A stretch of DNA of 64,000 nucleotides. Source: Escherichia phage vB_EcoP_PAS59. The notes under the pieces were generated by a model. The model did no database searches. It had not been told where the DNA came from and saw nothing but the letters and a program-made list of their open reading frames with translations. Of this stretch, positions 33,076-41,054 are shown one piece after another. Made by a program: the position numbers and the translations under genes. How positions within the stretch are numbered: position 1 is the stretch's first letter; each line of letters begins with the position of its first letter. The stretch is taken from sequence record OQ921332.1. One strand, 5' to 3'.

Positions 33076-33257
33076 AATGTTTTAAATGTGAATCAACTCT
33101 TCTCCATTTGGACTCGAAAGTAATACGGGAGCTTGCCAAAGGCTCCCCGACTAAAGGGAAGAATAAGAAGTTTGTCGAAATTAAGGTTATAGGTATCCAT
33201 TGCTCAGAGTGTAAATCCTGTAGCTTCTTATATGAAGAACACGGAGGTAGGAAATGA
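33072..33257 (+). CDS. Zn-ribbon ORF with no ATG/GTG/TTG start (CTG candidate)
   Basis: Open frame 33060-33254 encodes KCFKCE...HCSECKSC; AAGGA lies 9 nt upstream of CTG 33072. Confidence 0.3.
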   Translation: MKCFKCESTLLHLDSKVIRELAKGSPTKGKNKKFVEIKVIGIHCSECKSCSFLYEEHGGRK

Positions 33258-33991
33258 GTCGTAGAGAATCTCGGAAAGCATCACGGAGAGAATTACGTCG
33301 TGAAGCTCTCGTCACCAAGAAAGGAAAGCGGGAATTTGAAGAAGTAGTTCTTGCTAAGCCGGTAGTACCTCAGAACCAATTCCAGAGTGAGCTGCTTGAT
33401 GCAATTAAAACCAAACAGGTTGTATTCACAGATGCTCCTGCTGGCTGTGGTAAGACATTCGTAATCACTTCTACAGTGATCGATGCTCTGAAGAGTGGGA
33501 AGATTGAGAAGATTATCCTAAGCCGACCTGCTGTTGGTATGGGTAACAGTCTAGGATTACTTCCCGGTGGGCTTCGTGAGAAATTTGAACCATACCTGAT
33601 GCCAATTGTTGATGTTATCACTCAGCGTTATGGTAAAGGCTTCTATGAGTGTCAAATTGGTAATGGTAACATTGAGTTTGTACCTCTGGAATACCTCCGT
33701 GGCCGTTCATTCAACGATGCTATTGTGATTGTTGATGAGTTCCAGAATACCACTCCTGATGAAGCATATTCAATTATGACTCGTCTTGGTGAAACCTCTC
33801 AGATGTTCTGTATGGGGGACACCAATCAGCACGATATGCGTGGTGAGAGTGGTCTAGATTGGGCTACTGATTTCATATACCGTCACAAATTGTTTGAATT
33901 TGCCGCTCTAGTAGATGGTGAATCGGATGATATTGTTCGTTCAGGTTTCTGTAAAGCTATTGTCAAAGCAATGGAATCTGAAAAATCATAA
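33254..33991 (+). CDS. phoH: PhoH-like ATPase
   Basis: Walker A DAPAGCGKT; VIVDEFQN; typical PhoH C-terminal region. Confidence 0.85.
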   Translation: MSRRESRKASRRELRREALVTKKGKREFEEVVLAKPVVPQNQFQSELLDAIKTKQVVFTDAPAGCGKTFVITSTVIDALKSGKIEKIILSRPAVGMGNSLGLLPGGLREKFEPYLMPIVDVITQRYGKGFYECQIGNGNIEFVPLEYLRGRSFNDAIVIVDEFQNTTPDEAYSIMTRLGETSQMFCMGDTNQHDMRGESGLDWATDFIYRHKLFEFAALVDGESDDIVRSGFCKAIVKAMESEKS

Positions 33992-33994
33992 ACA

Positions 33995-34003
33995 TAATGT
34001 ATA
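33995..34003 (+). promoter_or_regulatory. TAATGTATA 9-mer (candidate phage-sigma promoter element)
   Basis: Perfect copy, intergenic, 33 nt upstream of 34036. Confidence 0.5.
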
Positions 34004-34035
34004 CTCCTTAGTGTACACTGATATATTAAGGAGTT

Positions 34036-34353
34036 ATGATGACCGATAAGGCGAAAAGAGATTATGCACAAGAACGAAGAACTGCAATCAAACGTGGGGA
34101 GACAGGTGTTGGTAGCAAGAGCGGAGATGCTCAGCGCCACCGTGCACGTCGCATCGTTGAAAAACGCGATGGAAAAGCTGCTGTCCGAGGTAAAGATGTT
34201 GGACACAAACGATCAATCAAGTCGGGAGGTTCTAATGCGTCAAGTAACTTACGTGTTGAATCAGTCTCTCGAAATCGCTCGAACGGCGGCAAAAGTGGAG
34301 ATCGTGCTGGAAAATCAGCAGGCGGTCGCAAAGGAGCTTTAAGCTCAAGCTAA
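34036..34353 (+). CDS. Small, very basic protein with a degenerate HNH-like segment
   Basis: GKDVGHKRSIKSGGSNASSNLRVESVSRNRSNGG; own promoter motif and terminator. Confidence 0.55.
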   Translation: MMTDKAKRDYAQERRTAIKRGETGVGSKSGDAQRHRARRIVEKRDGKAAVRGKDVGHKRSIKSGGSNASSNLRVESVSRNRSNGGKSGDRAGKSAGGRKGALSSS

Positions 34354-34357
34354 TATA

Positions 34358-34388
34358 AGGCTACCCATTTCGGGTGGCCTTTTCTTTT
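34358..34388 (+). terminator. Rho-independent terminator
   Basis: AGGCTACCC-ATTTC-GGGTGGCCT followed by TTTCTTTT. Confidence 0.8.
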
Positions 34389-34409
34389 ATGTAACCTAAG
34401 GTAATAAAT

Positions 34410-34661
34410 ATGTCTAAAGTAACTTATATCACTGTAACTGATTTCCTTCCTTCTCTGAACACAACTGAGAGTTATACTTTTCCTGTAGAAAATGTTACAA
34501 GCTCTGTTGAGATGATTCAGTTTAACAAAACAACAGCTCGTACTAATGTAACCCTTCGTGGCCCTGATGGCAAGTTCATCTCCTTCCGTGATAAGGGTGT
34601 TCCTAAGCGTATTGCTAAATCTATTGAAAATCTGAAACCTTTCCCCAACTTTGGTGCATAA
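34410..34661 (+). CDS. Small protein, tandem paralog 1 (TARTNV..RG.DGKF.S.RD...NLKPFP)
   Basis: Similar to 34663..34920. Confidence 0.65.
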   Translation: MSKVTYITVTDFLPSLNTTESYTFPVENVTSSVEMIQFNKTTARTNVTLRGPDGKFISFRDKGVPKRIAKSIENLKPFPNFGA

Positions 34662-34662
34662 T

Positions 34663-34920
34663 ATGAAGATTAGCTTAATCCAAATTCGTGATCATCTCTT
34701 TAATGGTGACGCTCAGACTCATGACTACAAGGTTAATCAAGGACAACACCCTACCAATCACCTGATTGGAGGGATTTCTTTATTGCCTAATAAAACAGCA
34801 CGGACTAATGTAATGATTCGTGGTAAGGATGGTAAATTCCTCTCTTATCGTGACCCTGAAATCTGTGCTATTGTTCGTACAGCCATGAACAACCTAAAAC
34901 CATTCCCGACAGTGGAGTAA
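34663..34920 (+). CDS. Small protein, tandem paralog 2
   Basis: Internal ATG of ORF 34651..34920. Confidence 0.65.
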   Translation: MKISLIQIRDHLFNGDAQTHDYKVNQGQHPTNHLIGGISLLPNKTARTNVMIRGKDGKFLSYRDPEICAIVRTAMNNLKPFPTVE

Positions 34921-34923
34921 GTT

Positions 34924-35274
34924 ATGCCAGTACCTCAACGCCTAGAACGTCACTGCGTTCTCAAATGGGACAATATTCATGACAACCTCTCTAGTCAAGA
35001 GTTTCGTCAGTTTATTGAATTGACAGCGAAGATTAACCGAAACCGACCAGCTCGAAATTATGTGGTGGTTAGTGACAAGTATCCAGAGCTGTATGAGCAG
35101 GTGTGGGGTATGAAACTTGCACAAGTTCAGAGGAACAGTAACGAACGGAGAGAAGCTCGTAGACAGAGAGCAGAAGATATTCCAGCAGTCTTTTATGTGG
35201 ATGAAGCGGAATCCTACGAACAGTTAGATATTGTTGAGGATAACCAAGCGTTCACTGATTTAATATACCGATAA
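34924..35274 (+). CDS. Hypothetical protein
   Basis: ORF. Confidence 0.6.
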   Translation: MPVPQRLERHCVLKWDNIHDNLSSQEFRQFIELTAKINRNRPARNYVVVSDKYPELYEQVWGMKLAQVQRNSNERREARRQRAEDIPAVFYVDEAESYEQLDIVEDNQAFTDLIYR

Positions 35275-35290
35275 CTATAAGGAGTGGGTG

Positions 35291-36982
35291 ATGGATAACC
35301 CTGATAAGTTACCTTTCATAACGGAGATGACAGTCGCTGATATAATCTCAAAACAGGCGAAGCATGGAGTCAACTTCAACAGAAGAAACGCTCGGTGGTT
35401 TGTTCATCTTCTCAAAGAGATTATTGTCAATATTGATAAAGAACTGATTCCTCTCCTCCCCAAAATGCGGGTGGATGGTTCAACTTATTCTAAACCTTTT
35501 AAGAAATCAGGTGCTTTACAGAAGTGGCCTCAGCTCTATTGCGATAGGGTTGGTCTTAAAAGAGAAGATATCGGTGGGGCGTTTACTTGCGTTGAGTATG
35601 TAGATTTTGACCCATCAAAAGATGCACGTATTAAAGAAGCCTTGATGGATGAAGGTTTTATACCTCCAGAGTGGAATTATTCTAAGAAACCTTGGAATAC
35701 TTTTGAAATTCGTAAAGCTATGAAGAAGTATGGTACATACTCTGCATGGTATTCTGCTTGGATTCGAGGTAACGCTAAAGAGAAACAGACAGCAGAGATG
35801 ATAGATGCTGATATCCGAAGGTTTTTGGATAAGCACTTCCGTTATCACACTGTCAATTATATGAAAGCCTATGTCAGCGGTTTAGGTCTTAACCCTAACA
35901 GGAAGAAGCCTGTAACCTTTGATGAAATCAAAAAAGCTTTGGCTACATCAAACAAGTGGCCTACAGCCCCTACAAACCTTGAGGAGACTCTTGAAGAGGG
36001 GCTTGGGGGTGAACTAGGGGGTGTAGGAAGTTTGCTTAAGAGACGCGTTGTAGCGGCTCACAGGCTAGGTTTGATTAGCGGGCTTATCGACAAGGAACGT
36101 AAAGATGGTAAACTGTCCGCCGAAGCTAATAGCTGCGCTACTCCGACATTTCGTTTTAAACATCGCATTGTTGTTAATATTCCTTCTCGCGGTTTGTTTG
36201 GTCACGAGTGCCGCAGTCTTTTTCAATCTGACTATTCCTCAGACGATAGTCATAACCATCCTTTCATCATTACCAACCATATCCCTGATGGGTGTTACGT
36301 ACGAAAGGGTACTAACATTATCTACGAAATGGGAAAACCGGGCAAGAAAGACAAACCAATAGGTGCTTATAAATTTTATGTACCTGCTGGTCGTGAAGTC
36401 TTCTTAGGTTATGATGGCTCTGGTCTTGAGCTGAGGATGCTTGCTCATTACCTTATCAAAGAGTGTCGTGAGATGCTCGCTGAAGCAGAGCGGGAAAACA
36501 ACCCAGCTAAGAAACGGGAAGCTGAACGCGGTCTAGCTTCTGCTGTTATGTACAGAGATATTCTTTTAGAAGGGGATATTCACTCACATAACCAAAAACT
36601 TGCTGGCCTTCCTACTCGTGATAATGCTAAAACGTTTATCTACGCATTCAACTACGGAGCTGGTGACGCTAAGTTAGGAAGCATCGTAGGTGGTGGCTCT
36701 GATGAAGGGGCTGTCATGAGGGCAAGATTCTTAGCAGAGAATCCTTGTATTGCAATTCTTATTGAACGTATGACAGAGAAAGCACAAAGTGGATACATCT
36801 ACGGTGTGGATGGACGTCGTATTACAATGAGGAGGGATGCAACTGGAAAGGTTATGGTTCATAAAGCCTTAAACACCCTCTTACAGAGCGCTGGGGCGAT
36901 TGTTATGAAGTATGCAATGCTATTCCTTAATAAATGGATTGAGCGTGATGGTGTTCGTTGTGCGAAGGTTATTGACATGCAT
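35291..36982 (+). CDS. Family A DNA polymerase, polymerase domain, exon 1
   Basis: T7 gp5-like; motif A region GYDGSGLELR, motif B NAKTFIYAFNYGAG; the frame breaks inside motif C after ...VIDMH. Confidence 0.85.
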
Positions 36983-37589
36983 AAACTTCATTGTGCATGT
37001 AAAAGTTGGTGAACTCGGTGAAACCCGACCATTAAGTTGAGGGCAATACCGAGCTAAGCTATTAGGAGGTGATATGGCTAAGAAAGATCTAGTGTTAGAA
37101 ACTACTGACACAGGATGTATCATCCCTATCTCACACAAACTTAATAAAGATGGTTACTTCAGAAAGGTAATAGATGGCAAATGGGTCATGTATCACCGAT
37201 ACGTCATGGAAGAAAAGTTTGGAAAGATTCCTGATGGGTTTGAAGTAAACCATAAATGCAAGAACAGAGCTTGCTGTAACACAGACCACCTAGAGATTCT
37301 ATGGGGGAGTGCTCATGCAATAGAATCCAATACAGGTAGAAACAGAGAAAGACAGGAAGCTGCTAAAGAATTCTGGCTTAATAATGAATGTACCGGTGTT
37401 GCTCTTGCGGAAAGATTTGGTGTGAGCTTTGGAATCGCTTGTAGATGGATTCGAAAGTGGAAAGTGTAGAGACTATCCTTTGGGAGTAGGGGGTTAACAG
37501 GGAAACCCTCGAAGCGCCAACAACAGCAAATTAGCTATGCTGTTATGATATAGTCCGATACCCGAAGTAATTTGGGAATAACATAAATG
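36983..37589 (+). mobile_element. Group I intron carrying an HNH homing endonuclease, inserted in DNA polymerase motif C
   Basis: Exon 1 ends in U (..CAT); the intron ends in G (37589); R-like TAGAGACTATCC (37468-37479) and S-like ATGATATAGTCC (37545-37556) elements; joining the exons restores MH-DEGQ (HDE motif). Confidence 0.7.
37074..37469 (+). CDS. Intron-encoded HNH homing endonuclease
   Basis: EVNHKCKNRACCNTDHLE His-Me finger; C-terminal HTH-like ALAERFGVSFGIACRWIRKW; GGAGGTGA RBS. Confidence 0.8.
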   Translation: MAKKDLVLETTDTGCIIPISHKLNKDGYFRKVIDGKWVMYHRYVMEEKFGKIPDGFEVNHKCKNRACCNTDHLEILWGSAHAIESNTGRNRERQEAAKEFWLNNECTGVALAERFGVSFGIACRWIRKWKV

Positions 37590-37742
37590 GATGAAGGTCA
37601 GTTCACTGTACATCGTGATGATGTTAACAAACTTCGTACCCTCACTGAAGAGTGTGTTCGTAAAGCAGGAGAGTACCTCAAGATGGAATGTCCTCTGGCA
37701 TCTGATTGCAAAATTGGATTAAACTGGAATCACACCCACTAA
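37590..37742 (+). CDS. Family A DNA polymerase, exon 2 (C-terminus)
   Basis: DEGQFTVHRDD...KIGLNWNHTH* parallels the T7 gp5 C-terminus ...HDEIQV...GPNWAICH*. Confidence 0.75.
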   Translation, partial: DEGQFTVHRDDVNKLRTLTEECVRKAGEYLKMECPLASDCKIGLNWNHTH

Positions 37743-37759
37743 TTTGTAGTGGAGGAATA

Positions 37760-37951
37760 ATGACTAGACATGTACATGAAACATGGGCCATTACGGGAGC
37801 AAAAGATGCAATTGTTTGCTGTAATGGACATTTCTGCATCTATAACACAGAAAGAAAAGCTATTCAAGAAGCGGCTGAGTTAATGGAAGAGTTTCCTGAT
37901 AAAGATTTCTCCATTAAGAATTTAACCATCAATCTCCCGTGGAAGAGCTGA
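37760..37951 (+). CDS. Hypothetical protein
   Basis: Internal ATG of ORF 37706..37951 after GGAGGA. Confidence 0.55.
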   Translation: MTRHVHETWAITGAKDAIVCCNGHFCIYNTERKAIQEAAELMEEFPDKDFSIKNLTINLPWKS

Positions 37952-38008
37952 ATCGTATTACGAAATGAACTAGTCTTATTGATTAGTTCTTTTTAAGGAG
38001 ACAAGGAA

Positions 38009-38143
38009 GTGGAAGAAGTAAAAAGTTCTGAATGGTGCTTGAAGCAACAAAAACTCGCACAGGAAGAAGGACGTTTTGATGATGCCAAAGTGTATGGGGA
38101 GCTTTTCCGTACATGGGTTGAACGAGAGGAGAAAGATCAATGA
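38009..38143 (+). CDS. Small protein (44 aa)
   Basis: GTG start 8 nt after AAGGAG; my translation VEEVKSSEWCLKQQKLAQEEGRFDDAKVYGELFRTWVEREEKDQ. Confidence 0.4.
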   Translation: MEEVKSSEWCLKQQKLAQEEGRFDDAKVYGELFRTWVEREEKDQ

Positions 38144-38307
38144 TGGATTTGATTCGTAAACCTGCTCCAAAATGGAATGTATATTTCCAAGATGCTACAG
38201 GAAAATTTCACAACCAACTGGTTTATTCTGACGAAGAACGCGATGAAGTCGCTGCTCAGATTAAAGCAGGCGGTGGTACAGTTCTCAAAATTTATGAAAG
38301 GGAGTAA
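38140..38307 (+). CDS. Small protein (55 aa)
   Basis: ATGATG overlaps the previous stop; my translation MMDLIRKPAPKWNVYFQDATGKFHNQLVYSDEERDEVAAQIKAGGGTVLKIYERE. Confidence 0.45.
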   Translation: MMDLIRKPAPKWNVYFQDATGKFHNQLVYSDEERDEVAAQIKAGGGTVLKIYERE

Positions 38308-38552
38308 TGATGACTTTAACATCTAAAGAATTAAAAGAGACTTTGGAAACAACTGAAGGTAAGCAATTCTTTGTTGCACAGATTCATTCTATGGGCAAAG
38401 ATTCACTACGTCAGGCTTTGTATGAACTAACTACTGCGGTTCTTCAAACAGAAGCTGACGCTGAAGAAGCTCTAATTAAGCTAGAAGCCGCTCAGGCTGA
38501 AATTAATGGTTTGAAAGTTCGTATCAGTGAACTGGAAACACAGAATAAATAA
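38307..38552 (+). CDS. Coiled-coil protein
   Basis: ORF; terminator follows. Confidence 0.6.
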   Translation: MMTLTSKELKETLETTEGKQFFVAQIHSMGKDSLRQALYELTTAVLQTEADAEEALIKLEAAQAEINGLKVRISELETQNK

Positions 38553-38575
38553 GCTACCTTCGGGTGGCTTTTCTT
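38552..38575 (+). terminator. Rho-independent terminator
   Basis: AGCTACC-TTCG-GGTGGCT followed by TTTCTT. Confidence 0.8.
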
Positions 38576-38590
38576 GTCTAAGAGGCTAGT

Positions 38591-38983
38591 ATGAATATTG
38601 GTTTAGATTATGATGATACTTTTACAGTGGACAAGGAGATGTGGACCCACATTGTAGGTCTTATGAAATCTCGTGGACATGATGTTCGTATCGTCACTTA
38701 TCGTTTTGCTCAGCCCAATGGGTATTCAAATGAAGAGCTTCTAGCAGATGCAGCAAGTCTAGATATTCCTGTTATCTTTTGCAACGGTGTTCAGAAGGAT
38801 TCTGTCACTCAGAGCTTGGGTTTCTTTGTGGATGTTTGGATTGATGACTTCCCTGTCGGTATCCCTAAAATGGACCACCTAGATGGAATGCTAAAGGGTG
38901 TAAGACTTAATGACCTTAAAGCAGCACCTCCGGTAGAAATAGCCTCTCCTGTGTACTCTGAAGAGCCTCTGGTGATACGATGA
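38591..38983 (+). CDS. HAD-superfamily phosphatase / 5'-nucleotidase-like
   Basis: N-terminal GLDYDDT (DxDxT motif I). Confidence 0.5.
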   Translation: MNIGLDYDDTFTVDKEMWTHIVGLMKSRGHDVRIVTYRFAQPNGYSNEELLADAASLDIPVIFCNGVQKDSVTQSLGFFVDVWIDDFPVGIPKMDHLDGMLKGVRLNDLKAAPPVEIASPVYSEEPLVIR

Positions 38984-39159
38984 AGAAGTTTCTAATCTGG
39001 TCTATTGTAATTGCTCTGTTTCTTTGGGTGATGGATGCTCTTGGAGATTATAGCAAAGAAGACTGTGAGACTCGAATCTCTCAAGAGTTTAAATCAGAGA
39101 CCAAGTGGGTTGATGGTCGCTGTTACATCAAGGATTGGGGAAGGGTCTTATCAAGATGA
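38980..39159 (+). CDS. Small membrane or exported protein (59 aa)
   Basis: MKKFLIWSIVIALFLWVMDALG...; ATGA-coupled at both ends. Confidence 0.45.
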   Translation: MKKFLIWSIVIALFLWVMDALGDYSKEDCETRISQEFKSETKWVDGRCYIKDWGRVLSR

Positions 39160-39335
39160 AGAAATACAGCGTGTGGTTCAATGAGGTAGAAGAGGGTTTT
39201 GATGAAGTTGGTGGTTGGGTTAATATCCTAAACACAGACGACATAGAAGAGGCCGAGAAATGCGCCCTAAACTACAACTCTGGATATTATGAAAGAAATT
39301 GGGAGCACGATGAAATACTACAAAGTAGTTTATAA
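39156..39335 (+). CDS. Acidic small protein, paralog 1
   Basis: MKKYSVWFNEVEEGFDEVGGWVNILNTDDIEEAEK...; similar to 39903..40070. Confidence 0.55.
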   Translation: MKKYSVWFNEVEEGFDEVGGWVNILNTDDIEEAEKCALNYNSGYYERNWEHDEILQSSL

Positions 39336-39495
39336 GTTAAATTTATACCTTCGTGGAACAGGCAGTCTTGAAGTGTCAGGGTGTAAAGTTGTAGAAGAAG
39401 AAAACCCTATTAAAGCTGTTGAGAAGGTTAAAGAGACTATTAAGCTTGAAGAAATAGGAAGTTTTGAATTAGTTGATATTGAGGAAGTTAAATGA
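39310..39495 (+). CDS. Hypothetical small protein
   Basis: Internal ATG of ORF 39289..39495 after GGGAG. Confidence 0.45.
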   Translation: MKYYKVVYKLNLYLRGTGSLEVSGCKVVEEENPIKAVEKVKETIKLEEIGSFELVDIEEVK

Positions 39496-39716
39496 TTTGG
39501 GTTCATACTTATAAGATTGGAAAGAAAATAGTTGACCGAATTCACTATGATGAAGCAGAAGCTCAGGCTTCTCTGGCAGTTCTTGGTGGTAAGGTGAGGA
39601 ATTATGTAGAGGCTGGTAAGCCAGTTAACAATCCACCTGTTCTAGAGTATCTCGGAACAAACAATCCAATCACAGCAATGTCAATCATCAACAATAAACA
39701 AAGGGAGTTGTTATAA
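39492..39716 (+). CDS. Hypothetical protein
   Basis: ORF, ATGA-coupled. Confidence 0.55.
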   Translation: MIWVHTYKIGKKIVDRIHYDEAEAQASLAVLGGKVRNYVEAGKPVNNPPVLEYLGTNNPITAMSIINNKQRELL

Positions 39717-39919
39717 TGACTAATGAATATATTATTAAAAATGATGCGACAGGTTTGTTTCAATTCATCACAGATGCGACAGACTATGGACAACTTATCA
39801 ATTTCGTAGAACTTGCAAAGCTCAAGGAAGAAATTGATGCTCTATATGCCGACGAGCAATCTAAACTCCTACAAGAGTCTCTAAGTGGAGATTACATCTG
39901 TGATGGTTGCACAATCTAA
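39716..39919 (+). CDS. Hypothetical acidic protein
   Basis: ORF. Confidence 0.55.
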   Translation: MTNEYIIKNDATGLFQFITDATDYGQLINFVELAKLKEEIDALYADEQSKLLQESLSGDYICDGCTI

Positions 39920-40070
39920 ACGATATAAAGTCTGGCTAGATGAAGGAGCTGAGTATCCTGAAGGTTTTGGCTGGAAAGTTATTCTGGAAACAGATGATAT
40001 GGAGGAGGCTGAAACGAAAGCTGAATCTTTCAACTACTCATATTATGAGGACACATACGAGAATGGCTGA
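39903..40070 (+). CDS. Acidic small protein, paralog 2
   Basis: ...KRYKVWLDEGAEYPEGFGWKVILETDDMEEAETK... Confidence 0.5.
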   Translation: MVAQSKRYKVWLDEGAEYPEGFGWKVILETDDMEEAETKAESFNYSYYEDTYENG

Positions 40071-40569
40071 AGTTTATTTTGCAGGTGATGGTCACCTAGG
40101 CCATCGTAATATTTGTAACTTTAGAAAGAAGTTTAGTAGTATTGAAGAGCATGACAAAGCTATCTTAGCAGCGTTTGATCATGTTACTAAACGTGATAAA
40201 ACTTTCTTTACAGGTGACTGGGTGTTTGAGAAGTATGCACTTGATATTATCGCTGAAGTAAAAGGAGAGAAGCATCTTGTCTTAGGGAACCATGACAGAT
40301 TAGAACTTCTCCCTGATATGATGAAAGTCTTTAGACACATCAGTGGTGATTATAAGTACAAAGAGTTTTGGGTAACTCATATTCCTATTCACTCTGATGA
40401 AATGAGAGGAAAGTATAATATCTATGCTCATACTCATAATCATGTGATTGATGATTGGAGATACTTCTGTACTTCGATGGAACAAATCAACTTTAAAGCT
40501 GTATCTCTGCAAGAGATTAGGAAGACCTTTGATGAAAGAAGAAAAGAACAAAGTATCATCACTATTTAA
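40063..40569 (+). CDS. Calcineurin-like metallophosphoesterase
   Basis: Internal ATG of ORF 39940..40569; GDGHLGH, GDW, GNHD, THIPIH and AHTHN motifs. Confidence 0.75.
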   Translation: MAEVYFAGDGHLGHRNICNFRKKFSSIEEHDKAILAAFDHVTKRDKTFFTGDWVFEKYALDIIAEVKGEKHLVLGNHDRLELLPDMMKVFRHISGDYKYKEFWVTHIPIHSDEMRGKYNIYAHTHNHVIDDWRYFCTSMEQINFKAVSLQEIRKTFDERRKEQSIITI

Positions 40570-40699
40570 ACCACCTGTTGTTTATAAAGATAGTCTCAGA
40601 GATCAATACAGTAAGATGTTAAAAGATCAAGCTGAATCTAACTTACTTTATCAGCGAATAGTAGAAGAATCTAGATTAAAAGGAATGATGGAGTGGTAA
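40532..40699 (+). CDS. Small protein (55 aa)
   Basis: Internal ATG of ORF 40448..40699 after AGGAAG. Confidence 0.4.
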   Translation: MKEEKNKVSSLFKPPVVYKDSLRDQYSKMLKDQAESNLLYQRIVEESRLKGMMEW

Positions 40700-40813
40700 C
40701 TTATGTTCTTTACTTCTTAGCTTTCTTAGGAATAATCTTTTTATCTATTATTATTGAATTTGGTTTAAGTAAGTTAGTTAACTATTTAGGTAGTAAGTAA
40801 TTAATATTCTTTT

Positions 40814-40884
40814 AAATAGAGAATCAAAGTCCCTAGGAGTCCCCACAACCTAAATCAAGGATTCCTTAATTCTCTATTTTTATC
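40814..40884 (+). terminator. Large inverted repeat AAATAGAGAAT...ATTCTCTATTT followed by TTTAT (terminator-like)
   Basis: 11-bp arms at 40814-40824 and 40868-40878. Confidence 0.4.
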
Positions 40885-40974
40885 TCGCAGGTGTCTCCTG
40901 CCCTTCGGTACTTGCAAGGGTTACAATGATTGCCCAATATACAAGCCTGCAATAGCTTTACTAGCTATACCATA

Positions 40975-40983
40975 TATACATTA
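40975..40983 (-). promoter_or_regulatory. TAATGTATA 9-mer on the minus strand (leftward, antisense to the + genes)
   Basis: The plus strand reads TATACATTA. Confidence 0.45.
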
Positions 40984-41045
40984 CTACTTGTCATTATCTA
41001 CTACCAAAAAGGTTATAGTATAATAGAACCTTATCTGTATAGGTG

Positions 41046-41054
41046 TAATGTATA
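41046..41054 (+). promoter_or_regulatory. TAATGTATA 9-mer upstream of the SSB gene
   Basis: Perfect copy 60 nt upstream of the ATG at 41114. Confidence 0.55.

Noticed and set aside
40694-40801. 35-aa hydrophobic ORF (GTG start) overlapping the stop of 40532-40699
   Set aside because: It is very short, has no RBS, and lies in a low-complexity AT-rich sequence. Evidence is insufficient.
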